Source of the DNA: Acidobacteriota bacterium
GTDB taxonomy: Bacteria > Acidobacteriota > CAIWXX01
Length of the DNA: 64,000 nt
Assembly (NCBI GenBank): GCA_040755995.1
Contig: JBFMAF010000034.1
Location: 32,001-96,000, forward strand
Reading direction: 5' to 3'
This document shows, in pieces, positions 9,536-19,891 of the stretch; positions within the stretch are counted from its first letter, which is position 1, and every line of letters begins with the position of its first letter. The translations under genes and the position numbers were made by a program. The notes under the pieces were generated by a model that worked only from the letters and a program-made list of their open reading frames with translations, did no database searches and had not been told where the DNA came from.

Positions 9536-11023
9536 ATGTTGCTACTGTCCGTCAAGCGAGGCAGCCCCGTGCCCGTATACAAGCAGATCCATGACCAGAT
9601 CATCAAGCTTGTCGATGATGGGACGCTGGAGCCGGGCACACGGTTGCCGCCCACGCGCGTGCTGGCGCAGAAGATCGGCGCGAATCGATCCACGGTCTAT
9701 CGCGCCTATCAGGAGCTCTGGGCGCTCGGCTACATGGAGAGCCGTCCCGGTTCATACTCGACGGTGCGAAGGCGGGCGCGGATGATTCCGGCGAACGGCC
9801 GGGCCGATGGGCAGCTCATCGACTGGCGCGCGGCGTCACCGGCGGCGGCCAGGAGGATCTACGACGACTATGTCGACCTGTGCAACAAGCATCCACGCAA
9901 TGACAGCCCGCACGTCATCCGGTTCACGCAGCTCTCGGCCGATCGCGAGCTTTGCCCGGTGGATGACCTCAGGCTGTCGGTGAAGCGTGTTCTGATCCAG
10001 AAGGGGAAGGACATCCTCGACTACGGAGATCCTGCTGGCTACGGCCCGCTTCGCGAGACGATCGCCCGGCGGATGCGAATACACGGCGTGACGGTGTCCG
10101 CGGACCAGATCCTGGTCACCAACGGCGCTCAGCACGCCATCGACCTTGTGCTGCGCCTTCTTTGCCAGCAAGGATCGTCGGTCGCAGTCGAGGTGCCCAC
10201 GTACTCGCTGGCTATTCCGCTGTTTCGATTCCACGGTGTCTCGATGATGGAGGTCCCGATGCGGGAGGACGGGATGGATCTCGATGTGCTGCAGAAGAGG
10301 CTCAACAGGCTGCGCCCGGCCCTCCTGTATACCATCCCGAACTTCCACAATCCGACCGGAATCACTACAGGCCAGGCTCATCGCGAGAAACTCCTTTCGC
10401 TCTGCGAGGCCCATCGAATACCGGTCGTCGAGGACGGGTTCGAGGAGGAAATGAAGTACTTCGGGAAGGCCGTGCTGCCCATCAAGTCGATGGACGTGAA
10501 TGGCATCGTGATCTACCTCGGCACGTTCTCCAAGGTGATCTTCCCGGGGCTGCGGGTCGGCTGGATCGCCGCGGATCGGGATTGCATCCAGAGGCTTCTC
10601 GCCATCTACCGCTACAGCAACCTCTCCGGCAACAATCTCGCCCAGGTAGCAATCGATCACTTCTGCAACGCGGGGCACTACGAGGAACACATCCGGCGAA
10701 TCCACCGGGCCTACCGAAAGCGGATGCAGGCGATGCTCCGCGCCATGGAGGAGCACATGCCGCAGGAGCGCGTCGAGTGGACCCGGCCTGCCGGCGGCTA
10801 CACGCTGTGGGTCCGTCTCAGGGACTGCCGGCGCAGCGAGAAGGAAGCACAGCAGGACTTGCTCAAGGCCGGCGTGGCGATCTCGCCGGGGAGCTTCTAC
10901 TTCCCGGCGCCGCAGGAGGACGTCTACTTCAGATTGTCGGTCACGAACCTGACCGAGGAGCAGATCGAAGAAGGCGTGAGGCGATTGGGCAAGTCTCTTC
11001 GGCGAATTCTGGCAGGAGGATGA
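9536..11023 (+). CDS. MocR-subfamily GntR regulator (HTH plus PLP aminotransferase-like domain)
   Basis: RLPPTRVLA...NRSTVYRAYQEL HTH; PNFHNPTG, GTFSKVIFPGLRVGW; AAGGAGG RBS. Confidence 0.92.
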   Translation: MLLLSVKRGSPVPVYKQIHDQIIKLVDDGTLEPGTRLPPTRVLAQKIGANRSTVYRAYQELWALGYMESRPGSYSTVRRRARMIPANGRADGQLIDWRAASPAAARRIYDDYVDLCNKHPRNDSPHVIRFTQLSADRELCPVDDLRLSVKRVLIQKGKDILDYGDPAGYGPLRETIARRMRIHGVTVSADQILVTNGAQHAIDLVLRLLCQQGSSVAVEVPTYSLAIPLFRFHGVSMMEVPMREDGMDLDVLQKRLNRLRPALLYTIPNFHNPTGITTGQAHREKLLSLCEAHRIPVVEDGFEEEMKYFGKAVLPIKSMDVNGIVIYLGTFSKVIFPGLRVGWIAADRDCIQRLLAIYRYSNLSGNNLAQVAIDHFCNAGHYEEHIRRIHRAYRKRMQAMLRAMEEHMPQERVEWTRPAGGYTLWVRLRDCRRSEKEAQQDLLKAGVAISPGSFYFPAPQEDVYFRLSVTNLTEEQIEEGVRRLGKSLRRILAGG

Positions 11024-11026
11024 CCA

Positions 11027-11797
11027 ATGCTGCTCGGACTGAAGACCCGCATCATCTACGGACCGGTGAATTCAAGGAGAATTGGCGCGTCGCTTGGAAT
11101 CAACATCCTCCCAGCAGGCTCGAAATACTGCAGCTTCAACTGCGTTTACTGCCAGTATGGGTGGACCGATTACGACGCGATGCGTCGATGCGCGAAGAGC
11201 GAATTCCCGTCGAGGCGTGAGGTCGCCGCAGCATTGCGTGAGGCCCTGCGGAGATTGCCCTCGCCACCGGCGTTCCTCACCTTCTCGGGCAACGGCGAAC
11301 CCGCGCTGCATCCCGAATTCCCCGAGATCGTCGACGCCGTGATCGAAATGCGCGACCGGTTCTCGCCGAGCTCGAAGACCGCGATCCTGTCGAACTCGAC
11401 TCAGGCGACTGATTCGCGCGTGCGCGGCGCCCTGTCGAAGCTCGACCTGAGAATCATGAAGCTCGACGCCGGAACGGATGAGACATTCGCGAAGTACAAC
11501 CAGCCGACCGCCGGCGTCGTCCTGGAGGATGTCGTGGAAGGTCTCGCCGCGCTCGGCTCAGTGACCATCCAGTCTCTCTTCACCGGCGGACCCGCCGGCA
11601 ACTGCAGCGAGGCGGACATCGACGCGTGGGTGAAGAGGCTCCATGCGATCCGGCCGGTCGCGGTCCAGATCTACAGCCTGGACCGCGGCTATCCCGCAGA
11701 GGGGATCGAATCGCTCAACAGAGACGATCTCGAGAAGATCGGCGCCAGACTTCGGTCGGAGGGGATCGCGGGCGAGGTGTACAGCCGGCAGCCTTGA
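11027..11797 (+). CDS. Radical SAM protein (TYW1-like family)
   Basis: YGPVNSRRIGASLGIN, CSFNCVYC (CX3CX2C), FSGNGEP. Confidence 0.88.
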   Translation: MLLGLKTRIIYGPVNSRRIGASLGINILPAGSKYCSFNCVYCQYGWTDYDAMRRCAKSEFPSRREVAAALREALRRLPSPPAFLTFSGNGEPALHPEFPEIVDAVIEMRDRFSPSSKTAILSNSTQATDSRVRGALSKLDLRIMKLDAGTDETFAKYNQPTAGVVLEDVVEGLAALGSVTIQSLFTGGPAGNCSEADIDAWVKRLHAIRPVAVQIYSLDRGYPAEGIESLNRDDLEKIGARLRSEGIAGEVYSRQP

Positions 11798-11942
11798 GCA
11801 GCCGGAGGACGACGTTCGCGAGGTGCGAGCTCTGCCCGCGCCGCCGGGCGCCGGGCATGTCCTCTGCACAATCCCTGCAAGTTGATATACACTCGGATGG
11901 CCATGCCCAGACCGAAGGCTCCGCGCGCGGACGAGAGGCGGG

Positions 11943-12518
11943 ATGTCTGAAGGTGGAGTTAGGCGCAAGGATCTCGCGGCCTACGAGATCGATGCCTGTC
12001 TGCGCGGGGACGCCCAGGCATGGGAGGCATTCGTCAAGAGATATGCACCGGTGATCTACCGCGCCGTCTCGAGAACGATGCTCGGCCGTCGGACCGACGC
12101 TCGCGGCGAGGACATCAAGGATGTGACTCAGGAAGTCTTCTACAGACTCGTCAGGGATGACTACCGCCTGCTGAGGTCCTACGATCCGTCCCGGTCATCC
12201 CTGGTCACCTGGCTCACCATCGTGTCACGCAGTCTCACGCTCGACGGCCTCCGCAAGAAGGCCTGCGAGGCTGTTCCTCTGGATCTGAGATCGGGAGAGA
12301 CACCTGTGGAGCCGCCCGGATGCGAGGCGGCTGCGGAGTACCCGTCCGACCTGCTGACGGCGCGCCAGCGACTGGTCATGCACCTCCTCTACGAGAAGGA
12401 CATGGAGGTGCGTGATGTGGCGCGGCTTCTCGGGATCGACGAGCAGTCCGTCCGTTCTGCGCGGCACAAGGCGCTGCTCAGGCTCCGCGAGCATTTCGGA
12501 GTCAAGCGCGCTGGCTGA
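11943..12518 (+). CDS. ECF-family RNA polymerase sigma factor
   Basis: Region 2 (DVTQEVF...LVTWL) and region 4 (DVARLLGIDEQSVRS) motifs. Confidence 0.88.
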   Translation: MSEGGVRRKDLAAYEIDACLRGDAQAWEAFVKRYAPVIYRAVSRTMLGRRTDARGEDIKDVTQEVFYRLVRDDYRLLRSYDPSRSSLVTWLTIVSRSLTLDGLRKKACEAVPLDLRSGETPVEPPGCEAAAEYPSDLLTARQRLVMHLLYEKDMEVRDVARLLGIDEQSVRSARHKALLRLREHFGVKRAG

Positions 12519-12572
12519 ACAGATGGGGATGTGCCGGGCCTGCGGTCGGTACAACATAGGAGGGAGGCAGTC

Positions 12573-13112
12573 GTGGCTGTGAATGACGAAAGAACAGCTG
12601 GGGACAAGGAGACCTGGAGTCGCTACGCGGGGTTGGATCGGAAGAAGCCCGGATCTCCCTGCCCGGATGCAAACCTCATGGCAGCCTACGTCGACGGCTC
12701 CGCGACAGAGAGCGAGCAGGAAACGGTCGAGAGGCATCTGGCATCCTGCGACTCATGCTTGCACGCCGTGGTCGAAGTGCGAGCCCTCGGCCGCTCGGAG
12801 GCGCCGGCAGGCGTTCCCGGCGACGTCGTATCGAGAGCAACGGCCCTGGTACCCGGCCCGCGCCCGACATACGATCGCAAGCCGGTCTGGCTGTTTGGGC
12901 CCATCTCGCAGGCGGCGAAATGGGCGGCCGCGGCGGCAGTGATGGTGGCTGCTTGTGCCGCCGGCTATGAGCTGGGTGCGAGTACCTGTCGCGTAAAGAG
13001 CAGGATAGGCAACGCGGTGCACGCGGAGCTTGCAGCCGGTGTCTCGGACCCGCAAGGGCTGGACCCTGGAGTCAGTACCGTCATCGATACCACCTCTGGA
13101 GGTGCGAAGTGA
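12573..13112 (+). CDS. Zinc-binding anti-sigma factor (zf-HC2)
   Basis: HLASCDSC (HxxxCxxC) followed by a TM helix; directly downstream of the ECF sigma. Confidence 0.85.
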   Translation: MAVNDERTAGDKETWSRYAGLDRKKPGSPCPDANLMAAYVDGSATESEQETVERHLASCDSCLHAVVEVRALGRSEAPAGVPGDVVSRATALVPGPRPTYDRKPVWLFGPISQAAKWAAAAAVMVAACAAGYELGASTCRVKSRIGNAVHAELAAGVSDPQGLDPGVSTVIDTTSGGAK

Positions 13113-13546
13113 GGCTCAAAGCTGTCTGGGTAGTGCTGGCGGCTTCGGTGTGTTTCAATGTGTTTTTCGCAATCGGTTTCCTGCGTGCCCGCGCGGTCAT
13201 CCGAAAGATGGAGACTCCGGAGGGCCGGGCGGAGATCGTGGCGGAGCGTCTGAGCCTGAGCCCCCAGCAGAGGCTCCAGTACGATGCCATGCGCTCGGCG
13301 ATCAACGCAATCCTGGCGGCAAACAGAAAGATCAACGGCGCGCACATGAACACATTCTGGTCTGAGGTGATCAGGGATCACCCGGACTCCGCCATACTCT
13401 CGTCGGCGATCGAGGCCGCCCTGGAGGGCCAGAAGGCAGCCAGAGTTCAAATGGCCGAGCAGGTCAAGCATTTCATGACCGCGCTCACGCCGGCTCAACG
13501 CGAGGCATTCGTTCACATCGTACGCCAACGCGACCTCGCACCCTGA
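13109..13546 (+). CDS. Spy/CpxP/ZraP-like periplasmic protein
   Basis: N-terminal signal/TM segment, LSPQQ and LTPAQR (LTxxQ) motifs; GTGA overlap with the anti-sigma gene. Confidence 0.75.
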   Translation: MRLKAVWVVLAASVCFNVFFAIGFLRARAVIRKMETPEGRAEIVAERLSLSPQQRLQYDAMRSAINAILAANRKINGAHMNTFWSEVIRDHPDSAILSSAIEAALEGQKAARVQMAEQVKHFMTALTPAQREAFVHIVRQRDLAP

Positions 13547-13962
13547 GGAGCCAACGGACGACCTCCAACGGCGTCAAGTGCCGCCAGCAGGTCGGCCATC
13601 CGGAAGGGCTTGTGCAGGAAGGCGGCCGCCCCGCCCGTCCTCAGCAGGTGCTCCGCCAGCTCGATCTCCGTGCCGCTCATCACGACGAGCGCTGGGCCCG
13701 CGCCGCCTTCTGCGGAGCCCGCACGGGCCAGACCTGAGCCTGCCCCGGACGCTGCCAGATGCTCCAGTATCACCGGGGCACCCCCACAAGGCATGCAGAC
13801 GTCGCTGATCACTACATCCGGGAAACCATTCGATAGCAGCCCGACGGCTTCACTTGTGGACGTGGTACCCCTGACCTCGAACCCCCTCCGTGCGAGATAC
13901 TCGACCAGGGCCTGTACGATGCCCGGGTCGTCATCGACTATCAGAATCCGTCTGCGCCCCAT
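13513..13962 (-). CDS. Single-domain response regulator (REC)
   Basis: ILIVDDD, DVCMP, MSG and KPF motifs. Confidence 0.8.
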   Translation of the reverse strand: MGRRRILIVDDDPGIVQALVEYLARRGFEVRGTTSTSEAVGLLSNGFPDVVISDVCMPCGGAPVILEHLAASGAGSGLARAGSAEGGAGPALVVMSGTEIELAEHLLRTGGAAAFLHKPFRMADLLAALDAVGGRPLAPQGARSRWRTM

Positions 13963-14290
13963 CTCTCACCTCCGCACAATCGGCAGCGGCGTGCATGATG
14001 GAAACGAACCCACGGGGCCATCCCACTGCATTGCGCGATTTCTCCAACTCCTTCTCCAGCAGGTGGTACGATGAATCGGGACCGATCATCCCCGGCGACA
14101 CGCGCAGTAGTGTCGATTCCCACGATGCGATATCCGGTACCCTCCCAGTCCACTTCGTCTTCGCGGGGCCGCGCCCGACGGATCCGCCGGCCGCTTCGTC
14201 TCCTGTGGGGGACGTTTCATCCGTGTTCTCCCGTACAACGCAGTAGCAGGGACGAGCAGGAGGACCTGCACCAGTGAAAGGAGTATCGAG

Positions 14291-16123
14291 ATGGATAGAC
14301 ATGGAGCGGGCTTCGTTCTGGCGATCGCCGCAGCAACCGCATGGGCGTCTGCTCAGGTGTCGACTCCGGCAGTTCTCGAGGCGGAGCCCTCAGAAGAATC
14401 ACCGGGCTATTACTGCTACCATGATCTTCCAAACTTGACGATGTCCCAGCGCGTCGCCCTTGCGCGCAAGGCGCACTCGGACTGGCCCGCGTATTGCCAG
14501 GAGGTCCGCAGCCGCGCGATCTATCTGTCCAGTCGACTGGAGAAACACATCCGCAGCTGGCTGAAGGGAGAAGCATCCGCAGTGATTCCGAAGGGGCTGC
14601 TGCCACCGTACATCGATGGACCCAAGACTCACAGCTGGACGCTGATGAGGCCGGAACAGGTGATTCCTGAGAAGCAATGGTTCATCCAGGCTGCCGCCCA
14701 CGAGATCAACCCCGAGTACAAGCGGCTCTACATGTATGGCGCCTCACGGCACTGCACCTACGTCAAGCTGCTCTACGTGGCCCCGATCGGCTGCAAGCTC
14801 GTCGTCGAAGGTGAGTTCCCTCACTCCCGGTTCATGGACTTCGAGATTCTCCAGCCGCTAGATCCCGAACACCCCGCGACGGGCAGATACGGTGAGCACC
14901 CGGAAGTCCCGCTCGTGGACGCGGACATCGATCCCGATCCGGGCAACGTCAATCCATTCCGCGCCGGCGCCGACCGGAACGCGGCCGGACGGCATTATCG
15001 GGTCCAGTTCGATCTGCAGATGGGCAATGCGGTCGACCTCAATCGGCAGGCGATGGAATCTCCAGCGTTTCGCTCGCGAGGCAACAGGCGGGTGGGCGGG
15101 CCGTTCGGCTTCGCCGGTCCCTGGGGGAACAATGTCTTCACACCCGCCAATCTCTGGTACCGCATCTACGCTCCGGACAAGAACAGCGACACACTCGGAG
15201 GTGCCGGGATTCCCAAGGCGCTGCTCCAGCTTCCTACCGGCGAGAGATTCTGGCTGCAGCCTGACGCGACTCTCGCCGTTCAGAGACAGACCACACGGCT
15301 CGATCTGGAGCCGAACCCTCCTGGCGAACCATGGCCGTTCATAGGCCCCTCCGAGGGCTGGTCGAAGATATTTGGGTTGATGCTGGCCAGGTCGGAGGCC
15401 AACGCGGCCCACAAGTGCGAGCCCTGGGGAGTCGCCCCCGCCGATCGCTGGCGGCAGATGATTCGCGCCAACTACCTGCTTCTCTTCAACCGCGGGGCCG
15501 CGGCAAGCGCTCCGGGATGTTACGAGAGCAGCGCGACCTGCTGTAACTACAACTCGTACCTTACGCGCATGTTCCGGTTGGGGGACGGCATGGTTTACGT
15601 GATCACGGGCAAGATGCCCTCTACTCCCAAGACTCGGAACGGCGAGCCGCTGATGACGAAGGGAGAGGCCCGGATGTGGTCCATTTCCCAGTATGCGGTG
15701 AACCAGGACGAAGCCGAGAAGCTGGCGCTGTGTTGCGGCGGCCTGATGGACGACGAGATCACAGTGAACAGCAAGCGCGAGTACATCATCGTCTATTCAC
15801 GGAAAGGCGACCGGCCGAGAAACGCCATCGTCCAAAACGGTGTGACGTGGGAGGATTGGGGTCCAGCAGCCAGACACACCCTCACAATCCGGTGGATGAG
15901 CGTCATGCCGGAATGGCACCTGTCACCGTACGCGCCGGATGAGCACAACCTGCCATGGGAAACCACGGCGTGGTCGGGCGAGCGCTATGACAAGAGCCTC
16001 GTCGGCGAGAACGCCGCAGGGGCCCTGGGACCTTACCACCCGATCATTCACTACATGACGAGAGGACAATTCGAGGCGCTAGGCTCGCATATTGACCCGG
16101 GGCGAATTCCGAAGTGGGAGTGA
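14291..16123 (+). CDS. Secreted protein of unknown function
   Basis: 610 aa ORF with GAGGA-like RBS, signal-peptide-like N-terminus (..AAATAWASAQ) and consistent codon usage. Confidence 0.75.
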   Translation: MDRHGAGFVLAIAAATAWASAQVSTPAVLEAEPSEESPGYYCYHDLPNLTMSQRVALARKAHSDWPAYCQEVRSRAIYLSSRLEKHIRSWLKGEASAVIPKGLLPPYIDGPKTHSWTLMRPEQVIPEKQWFIQAAAHEINPEYKRLYMYGASRHCTYVKLLYVAPIGCKLVVEGEFPHSRFMDFEILQPLDPEHPATGRYGEHPEVPLVDADIDPDPGNVNPFRAGADRNAAGRHYRVQFDLQMGNAVDLNRQAMESPAFRSRGNRRVGGPFGFAGPWGNNVFTPANLWYRIYAPDKNSDTLGGAGIPKALLQLPTGERFWLQPDATLAVQRQTTRLDLEPNPPGEPWPFIGPSEGWSKIFGLMLARSEANAAHKCEPWGVAPADRWRQMIRANYLLLFNRGAAASAPGCYESSATCCNYNSYLTRMFRLGDGMVYVITGKMPSTPKTRNGEPLMTKGEARMWSISQYAVNQDEAEKLALCCGGLMDDEITVNSKREYIIVYSRKGDRPRNAIVQNGVTWEDWGPAARHTLTIRWMSVMPEWHLSPYAPDEHNLPWETTAWSGERYDKSLVGENAAGALGPYHPIIHYMTRGQFEALGSHIDPGRIPKWE

Positions 16124-16280
16124 GAAGGTCTGATCTTCAGGCCTGGCCGCTCCGCAGCACGGCTCTCCGCCGCCCGCGAGACGCGCTGCCCGCCAACAGG
16201 CTGATCAGGTCTGGAGTAAGTGCGCCCGGCCACCCGGCCACCGGGCCCCGCCGAATTGAGCACAGCCTCTCGCGTGTGGT

Positions 16281-17450
16281 ATGGTGTCGCGGCCCATGAA
16301 AGTCAGGGAAACACCGTTCGTGGCCGTGCTGCTCTGCGCGATCGCGCTTCCGGCCTGTCTCCTGGCACAGGCTGCGATGCAGCCGGCGCAGCCGGGGCCG
16401 CCCACGGTCGAAGAGGTGCGGAAGCAGATGGGGATCCCGTCGCAGGGCGACGTGCGCGGCCAGATGGATATCGTCGGTTTCGCTTCGACGGCTGCGCAGA
16501 TGCAGAAGGTCTGGGATCTCTCGGCCGCGCCGCCCCGCCCGCAGCGCCTCGGCGAGGCTCCAGCCGGTGTTGCCGGTGTCATCTGCCCTCACGACGACTA
16601 CGTCTACGCCGCGCGTGTCTATCGTGACGTGCTGCCGCTCGTCACCGCGAAGACCGTGGTGCTTGTCGGAGTCTTCCACCGGTATCGCAAGTTCGGTGCG
16701 CACGACGTCGTCGTGTTCGACCCGTATCGGGCATGGAGATCACCCGAGGGCGAGATACCGGTCTCGTCGTTGCGCGAGCAGCTTCTGGCTCAGCTTCCGG
16801 CGGCCGACTACGTCAAGGACGCCGCGATGCATGACAGCGAGCATTCGCTCGAAGCGCTCGCCTACTGGCTGAAGCATGCGAGACCTGACGTCGAGATCCT
16901 GCCGATCATCATCCCAGCCGCAGGTTTTTCACGGATGCAGGAGCTCGCCGGGCGTACCGGCTCGGCGCTTGCGGCGGCGATGAAGGCACGGGGCTGGCAT
17001 CTTGGAAGGGACGTGTCCATAGCCATCTCGTCTGACGCGGTTCACTACGGCACGGACTTCAAGTACACGCCGGTCGGCGAGGGCGGTGTGGAGGCCTACA
17101 TGAAGGCGTACGATCAGGATCTCGCGCTGCTCCGAGGGCCGCTGGCTGGGCCCGTTTCGACGTCGGGCATCCGGCGGTTCTACGAGACATGCGTGAACCC
17201 GGAAAACCCCAACGAGTATCGTCTGACATGGTGCGGCAGGTTCTCGATCCCGTTCGGCATGCTACTGCTCGAGAGGACCGCTGTGGCGCTCGGCGGCGGG
17301 GCGCCGGTCGCGATGCCGCTCGCATACGCAACTTCGGTGGGGTCCACTGAGATCCCCATTCGTGACACAGGTCTGGGCGACACTGCCTCCGCTAATCTCT
17401 ACCATTTTGTCGGCTATCCGGCTGTGGCATTCACCGTGCCCGGGCGTTGA
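16281..17450 (+). CDS. MEMO1 / AmmeMemoRadiSam protein B family, with signal-peptide-like N-terminus
   Basis: PHDDYVYA, EHSLE, ISSDAVHYG, TWCG and C-terminal VGY motifs. Confidence 0.8.
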   Translation: MVSRPMKVRETPFVAVLLCAIALPACLLAQAAMQPAQPGPPTVEEVRKQMGIPSQGDVRGQMDIVGFASTAAQMQKVWDLSAAPPRPQRLGEAPAGVAGVICPHDDYVYAARVYRDVLPLVTAKTVVLVGVFHRYRKFGAHDVVVFDPYRAWRSPEGEIPVSSLREQLLAQLPAADYVKDAAMHDSEHSLEALAYWLKHARPDVEILPIIIPAAGFSRMQELAGRTGSALAAAMKARGWHLGRDVSIAISSDAVHYGTDFKYTPVGEGGVEAYMKAYDQDLALLRGPLAGPVSTSGIRRFYETCVNPENPNEYRLTWCGRFSIPFGMLLLERTAVALGGGAPVAMPLAYATSVGSTEIPIRDTGLGDTASANLYHFVGYPAVAFTVPGR

Positions 17451-17487
17451 GCTTCCAAGTCTTGATTACACACAGGAGGGTCATCTC

Positions 17488-18369
17488 GTGAGATCGGTAT
17501 CATCAGTCTGCATTGCGTGCCTGGCCCTGTTGGGCTTTGTCGGGGGTCTTCAGGCGGCCCCGGTCGTGTTCGAAGGTGTGCGGGTACGATACCAGAAGGC
17601 TGACGGAAAGCGGCGCATGGAGGAGAAGAAAGCGAAGCTCGCATTTGACGATGAGAAGTCCCTCTTGACGTTGGATGCGCCGAGCGCCCTGTCGATTCTG
17701 TACGCATCGGTTCAGAGGGTCGTCCACGAGATCACGAGACGCTCGGCGGGCGGGGCCATGGGGAGCACTCGCACCGTGAAGGACTATTGGTGCCTGTTCG
17801 ATGTGAAGTCTGAGGACGGCTCGTCTCGGAGCTATCTCATCGCCACCGATGAGAAATCAGCACCACCGGTGATCGAGAAGATGAAGGCGGTCTTCGGCGA
17901 GAGATTCGTCGTGCCGGCCTTTCCGGAGAAGCCGGACGAGATCAAGGAAGACTTGCCCAAGGCAACGAACAAGTGCGGCCTCTCGGTAGACCAGAAGAGC
18001 TCGCCGGTGCCGGAGATCGTCCCCGGCAAGGCGCTTGTGGTGGTCGTGTTCCCGGACTACGACGGCCGGATGCTCTCCGCAGAATTCAAGCTCCGGGTGG
18101 CTGAGAAGATACTGGGTGTGAACAGGGAAGGCACGTACACATTCTTCCACCTTGACCCTGGCCAGGTCCTGCTTGCGTCCGAGGGAACATCCAACACCTA
18201 CGGGATGACAATCACCCTTGAACCGGGGAAGGACTACTACTTCATGCAGAACATGTTCGAGTCGAAGCAGGTCTACAATCAGCAGTTCCTCGGGGCGATG
18301 ACCCGGCAGAGCAAGGAGCTGGTGATGTTCGAGATCGGAGGAGCCAACTACTCGAGCTGCAAGGAGTAA
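17488..18369 (+). CDS. Secreted hypothetical protein, DUF2846-like C-terminal domain
   Basis: AGGAGG RBS, signal peptide, PGKALVVV...GTYTFFHLDPG...LEPGKDYYF pattern. Confidence 0.6.
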   Translation: MRSVSSVCIACLALLGFVGGLQAAPVVFEGVRVRYQKADGKRRMEEKKAKLAFDDEKSLLTLDAPSALSILYASVQRVVHEITRRSAGGAMGSTRTVKDYWCLFDVKSEDGSSRSYLIATDEKSAPPVIEKMKAVFGERFVVPAFPEKPDEIKEDLPKATNKCGLSVDQKSSPVPEIVPGKALVVVVFPDYDGRMLSAEFKLRVAEKILGVNREGTYTFFHLDPGQVLLASEGTSNTYGMTITLEPGKDYYFMQNMFESKQVYNQQFLGAMTRQSKELVMFEIGGANYSSCKE

Positions 18370-18410
18370 AGAACGCCTCGACTCGGCGCCGGCCGCAGGC
18401 TGCCGGGGTG

Positions 18411-19793
18411 CTACGAGGCGTGCTCAGCGCTTTCCCAGCCCGACTCCAGGTACCATTGCAGCACCTGCCGCAGCCGCACCACGTCGCCGACGACGATCAG
18501 CGCCGGGGGCTCCAGGTTCGCCGTCTTCACTCTCTCGACGATGTCGGCGAGGACGCCGGTCGCAGTGCGCTGCTGCGGTGTGGTCCCGCACTGAATCACC
18601 GCAGCCGGGCATTGCGGATCTTTGCCGTGGAGCAGGAGTTGCTGCACGATATGAGTGAGGTTGTGGAGGCCCATGAACACGACTAGCGTGCCGGTGCTCC
18701 TTGCGAGCCGATCCCATTGCACCGCAGGCGAGTCCTTCCCGCTTCGCTCGTGCCCGGTCACGAACGTGACCTCGGATGTGATGTCGCGGTGCGTCAGAGG
18801 GATGCCGGCATAAGCGGGCACTGCACTGCCGGCCGTGACTCCCGGAACGACCTCGAACGAAATCCCCGCCTCCGCGAGCGCCTGCGCCTCCTCGCCACCG
18901 CGCCCGAATACGAACGGGTCTCCGCCCTTCAGCCGTACGACCTTCCGGCCGGCGCGCGCTTCCCTGACGAGAATCGCGTTGATCTCCTCCTGCGGCAGGC
19001 TGTGAACCCCGTCGCGCTTGCCGACGTAAATGACCGTGGCATCTGGGCGGCACAGATCCAGCAGGCGTTTCTCGGCGAGAGCGTCGTACACGACGACGTC
19101 CGCCGTCTCCAGGCAGCGCTTCCCCTTTAGCGTGAGCAACCCCGGGTCGCCGGGGCCGGCGCCGACGAGGAACACCCGGCCTCGGTCCTGCGGATCAGAC
19201 TCCATCGAGGTCGCTGGCAGAACTGAGTCAACTATGTGCTCGAAGCGCTCCCGCTCCTCCGCGAGACCCCTTCCCTCGGCGCGCGACTGTTCTCGCAGAG
19301 CTCGCAGGCGATCCAGTGTCGTGGCGTACTCGGGTCCAAAGCTGTGCTCCAGTACCTCGCGAATGCGGCGCGCCATCGCGGGGCTCGCGCCACCGGTCGA
19401 GATGGCGATGGCTAGATCGCCCTGCCGCGCTACAGCCGGCGCGATGAAGTCGCAGAGTGCAGGCCGATCTGCTACGTTCAGCCAGACGCCGGTCGACTCA
19501 GCTTCCGACCGGACGGCCTCGTTCACCCCTGGGTCGTCGGTGGCGGCGAAGGCCAACCTGCAGCCGTGCAAATCGCCCGGCCGGTAGTGACGACGTTCGA
19601 TTGTAATGCGGCCCTGCTCCGCCCATCCCGCAATCGTACCGGTGACTTCGGGGCTGACGACGCACACCTGCGCTCCTGCTTCCAGCAGCGCCGCGACCTT
19701 GCGTTCGGCCACGACGCCGCCACCCACGACCAGGACGCGGTGACCATGGAGCTCCAGGAACACCGGGTAGTAGTGCGAAGGCGTGTGGCCCAT
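18411..19793 (-). CDS. cysG: Siroheme synthase (precorrin-2 dehydrogenase/ferrochelatase plus uroporphyrinogen-III methyltransferase)
   Basis: [57 protein letters not shown]. Confidence 0.93.
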   Translation of the reverse strand: MGHTPSHYYPVFLELHGHRVLVVGGGVVAERKVAALLEAGAQVCVVSPEVTGTIAGWAEQGRITIERRHYRPGDLHGCRLAFAATDDPGVNEAVRSEAESTGVWLNVADRPALCDFIAPAVARQGDLAIAISTGGASPAMARRIREVLEHSFGPEYATTLDRLRALREQSRAEGRGLAEERERFEHIVDSVLPATSMESDPQDRGRVFLVGAGPGDPGLLTLKGKRCLETADVVVYDALAEKRLLDLCRPDATVIYVGKRDGVHSLPQEEINAILVREARAGRKVVRLKGGDPFVFGRGGEEAQALAEAGISFEVVPGVTAGSAVPAYAGIPLTHRDITSEVTFVTGHERSGKDSPAVQWDRLARSTGTLVVFMGLHNLTHIVQQLLLHGKDPQCPAAVIQCGTTPQQRTATGVLADIVERVKTANLEPPALIVVGDVVRLRQVLQWYLESGWESAEHAS

Positions 19794-19891
19794 ACCCGTC
19801 GGCTCTGACTTCCTGCTTCGCTACTGGAGCCCCTATGAAGCGGAAGAGAGCGAGGCGCCTGCATGGCGCCGCGCTCGATTCCGCTGGCTGT

